A DNA stretch of 37,870 nucleotides from Clostridia bacterium. GTDB lineage: Bacteria; Bacillota; Clostridia; Christensenellales; UBA1242. The notes beneath the pieces were generated by a model. That model made no database searches. It had not been told where the DNA came from and saw nothing but the letters and a program-made list of their open reading frames with translations. The stretch spans positions 1 through 37,870 of the forward strand of contig JAZSRJ010000064.1 of the NCBI GenBank assembly GCA_045538425.1, in the 5' to 3' direction. Below are positions 35,622 through 37,870 of the stretch, in pieces (the stretch's first letter is position 1; each line of letters starts with the position of its first letter). The translations under genes were made by a program, and so were the position numbers.

Positions 35622-37870
35622 TTACTCCTTATCTTTTTTATCTTTTGAAGTAGTTGTTTTTGTTGGTTGTTCTACTTCTTTCTTTTCTTCAACCACTTTT
35701 TCTTCTTTGACCTCTGTTGGTTGTTGAGGTTGATCTACAGATTCAACTGGTTCTGCATTCACTTCTTGTGCAGTCTCTTGTGTTGCACCCATAGAATGAT
35801 CATGTTCTTTTTTGATCATCGCAAGTTCTTCATCACTAAGTATCCCTGCTTTGTGTAAAGCAATGGCTGCTTGATATTTTACTTGAGCAGTTTTCTTTTC
35901 TTGTTCTGCTTGTTGCTCTTTTCTAATTTTGTCTTCTTTTTCTTTTCTTTCATTGTTCTTTTGATCAATAAAAGCAATGATTTCGGCATTAGATTTTCCA
36001 TCAAAAATCATATCAACTTCTTCGCTATAGATTGTTTCTTTTTCAAGCAACAACTCAGCCATTTGGTTGAGGTATTTTTGATTTTCTTTGAGCAACTTGT
36101 ATGCTTTATCATAACAAGTGCTAAGAAGTTCTCTTACTTCTTTGTCAATAAGGGATGCGGTATCTTCACCATATTCACTACGTGTTTGGTAATCTCTACC
36201 AATAAAGACTTCATCTCCGCTATCAAAATTGGTAAACCCAAGATTCTTACTCATACCCCATTGGGTAATCATCTTACGAGCTAGATTGGTTGCTTGTTTG
36301 ATATCTCCACTAGCTCCTGTTGTGATCTCACCAAAAGTCAAATCTTCTGCAATTCGACCACCCATGGTACTACAAATATCATTACACAATCTTTCATAAG
36401 TCATATATTGTTCGTTTTCTTTGTTGCTACGATATGAAGTATATCCACCAGCATGGCCACGAGGGATAATGCTTACTTCATGTACTTCATTGCCACTCTT
36501 TAGAAGTTTTGACAACACTGCATGACCACTTTCATGGAATGCTGTAATACGTTTATCTCTTTCACTAATTAGGTGGCTTCTTTTTTGTGGACCCATTGCC
36601 ACTTTATGAATGGCTTCACTAATGTCTTCCATTGTAATGGTTAGACGATTGTCACGAGCAGCAAGGATGGCTGCTTCGTTAAGGAAGTTTTCAATATCAC
36701 TACCAGCAAAACCACTTGTTAGTCTAGCAATTGCTCCAAAATCTACACTTGGATCAATTGGTTTGTTTTTCGCATGAACACGCATGATAGATTCTCTACC
36801 CTTAACATCAGGGACATTGACAGTAATTTGTCTATCAAAACGTCCACCACGAAGCAACGCAGGGTCTAATACATCCGCTCTGTTGGTTGCTGCCAACACA
36901 ATAACACCTTCGTTGGAAGTAAAACCATCCATCTCGATGAGCAATTGGTTGAGTGTTTGTTCTCTTTCATCATTACCGCCACCAAGTCCAGCACCACGTC
37001 TACGACCTACAGCGTCAATTTCGTCAATAAATACAACACATGGTGCGTTGCGTTTTGCACTGTCAAATAAGTCTCTTACACGTGCAGCACCGACACCGAC
37101 ATACAATTCTACAAAATCACTACCACTAATACTGAAGAATGGTACATTGCTTTCACCAGCAACCGCTTTTGCAAGCAATGTTTTACCTGTTCCTGGAGGG
37201 CCTACAAGTAAGATCCCTTTTGGAATACGAGCACCAACTGCTTTGTATTTTTGTGGATTTTGTAAGAAATCTACAATCTCTCTTGTTTCTTGTTTTTCTT
37301 CATCAAGACCTGCTACATCAGCAAACTTGATATTAGATTTTTCAATTCTTGTTTTGTTACGAACAAAGCCATTGCCATTGCCTTGACCTTTTTGCGCATT
37401 GCTAATCATGCGGAAGAAGACAACTGCAATAATAATCATGATAATAATACTAGAATAAGGTAAGATAGTCTCCAACCAGTTTTGTTCGGTATAAGGTGTT
37501 GTCAGTTCGATTACTGTCCAGTTGTCAGCATCTTCTGCTGTACTATTAGCCTTAGCTTCCAAAATCATTTCATTACGTTCTAAGATATCATCAAAAAACT
37601 TTACACTAAGTCCTGTATACTTAAAATAGGCATCTGCTTGTTTTGGAAAGTTTTCCTTTTTAGCAGTATGTTTTTCAAGACCATCTTTATAAAGAATACG
37701 TGCTACACCATCTTGTGCATAGATAGCAACAATTTCGTCATTCTTCATCTCTTGTTGCGCTTGTGTCATAGAGATCTCAGTACCATAGTCAGGTCGACTA
37801 GCGTACCAGAAGATTCCAATAACAAGAACAATCATTAATGCAAGTGTAATCCAAGTCGGAGGCCAAGCGG
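35622..37870 (-). CDS. ftsH: ATP-dependent zinc metalloprotease FtsH (5' end beyond the window edge)
   Basis: Walker A GPPGTGKT, Walker [13 protein letters not shown], and the zinc motif HESGH. The frame stays open upstream of the track's ATG at 37835 to base 37870 (..[18 protein letters not shown] = TM1). The C-terminus has a long K/E/T-rich tail. Confidence 0.95.
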   Translation of the reverse strand, partial: AWPPTWITLALMIVLVIGIFWYASRPDYGTEISMTQAQQEMKNDEIVAIYAQDGVARILYKDGLEKHTAKKENFPKQADAYFKYTGLSVKFFDDILERNEMILEAKANSTAEDADNWTVIELTTPYTEQNWLETILPYSSIIIMIIIAVVFFRMISNAQKGQGNGNGFVRNKTRIEKSNIKFADVAGLDEEKQETREIVDFLQNPQKYKAVGARIPKGILLVGPPGTGKTLLAKAVAGESNVPFFSISGSDFVELYVGVGAARVRDLFDSAKRNAPCVVFIDEIDAVGRRRGAGLGGGNDEREQTLNQLLIEMDGFTSNEGVIVLAATNRADVLDPALLRGGRFDRQITVNVPDVKGRESIMRVHAKNKPIDPSVDFGAIARLTSGFAGSDIENFLNEAAILAARDNRLTITMEDISEAIHKVAMGPQKRSHLISERDKRITAFHESGHAVLSKLLKSGNEVHEVSIIPRGHAGGYTSYRSNKENEQYMTYERLCNDICSTMGGRIAEDLTFGEITTGASGDIKQATNLARKMITQWGMSKNLGFTNFDSGDEVFIGRDYQTRSEYGEDTASLIDKEVRELLSTCYDKAYKLLKENQKYLNQMAELLLEKETIYSEEVDMIFDGKSNAEIIAFIDQKNNERKEKEDKIRKEQQAEQEKKTAQVKYQAAIALHKAGILSDEELAMIKKEHDHSMGATQETAQEVNAEPVESVDQPQQPTEVKEEKVVEEKKEVEQPTKTTTSKDKKDKE

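Noticed and set aside
36784-37386. 200-aa ORF antisense to ftsH. Similar cases are 35871-36284 in ftsH, 5340-5747 in rmuC and 10706-11209 in the ATPase gene.
   Set aside because: They lie entirely within well-supported conserved genes on the other strand. They have no RBS and show low-complexity S/L/P/T-rich composition, typical of shadow ORFs opposite purine-rich coding sequence.
1-37870. CRISPR arrays, IS elements or MITEs, a prophage, or known defence and toxin-antitoxin genes.
   Set aside because: I saw no regularly spaced direct repeats. I saw no transposase, integrase or recombinase ORFs, and no terminal inverted repeats bracketing a segment. No nuclease, ATPase or reverse-transcriptase signatures appear outside the housekeeping genes listed.

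Overview
This is a low-GC, Firmicutes-type chromosomal segment using the standard genetic code. It is dominated by housekeeping genes, most on the minus strand: RmuC, an SDR oxidoreductase, VanW, a P-type ATPase, GlyQS, an M1 lipoprotein peptidase, and a Bacillus-type DnaB(DnaD-like)-DnaI helicase-loader operon. It also carries formate-THF ligase, TilS, a SpoIIE-like phosphatase, SerS, LemA, UppP, YchF, FtsH (5' end off-window) and one tRNA-Gly(CCC). I saw no CRISPR array, transposase, integrase, prophage, toxin-antitoxin or recognisable defence gene, so I cannot point to a clear new multi-gene system. Five things are not explained by ordinary annotation. (1) An orphan cluster of five perfect, co-oriented DnaA boxes (6693-6914), with an embedded tandem palindrome, sits in a 518-nt non-coding gap with no dnaA or dnaN nearby. 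(2) A low-GC two-gene cassette (zinc-ribbon protein plus DUF2085-like membrane protein) is bracketed by ~130-bp, ~95% identical direct repeats; one repeat is a relic of the 3' end of the neighbouring 571-aa gene. (3) That 571-aa gene encodes an uncharacterised protein, probably a helical repeat, with mTERF-like K-x-P motifs. (4) A YtcJ-like amidohydrolase appears to have lost its metal ligands. (5) Five membrane-anchored proteins of unknown function include a diverged paralogous pair, one gene translationally coupled to ftsH, and a possibly leaderless SipW-signal (TasA-like) gene. All functional calls come from motif-level reading of the supplied translations. No database search, skew calculation or structure prediction was run.
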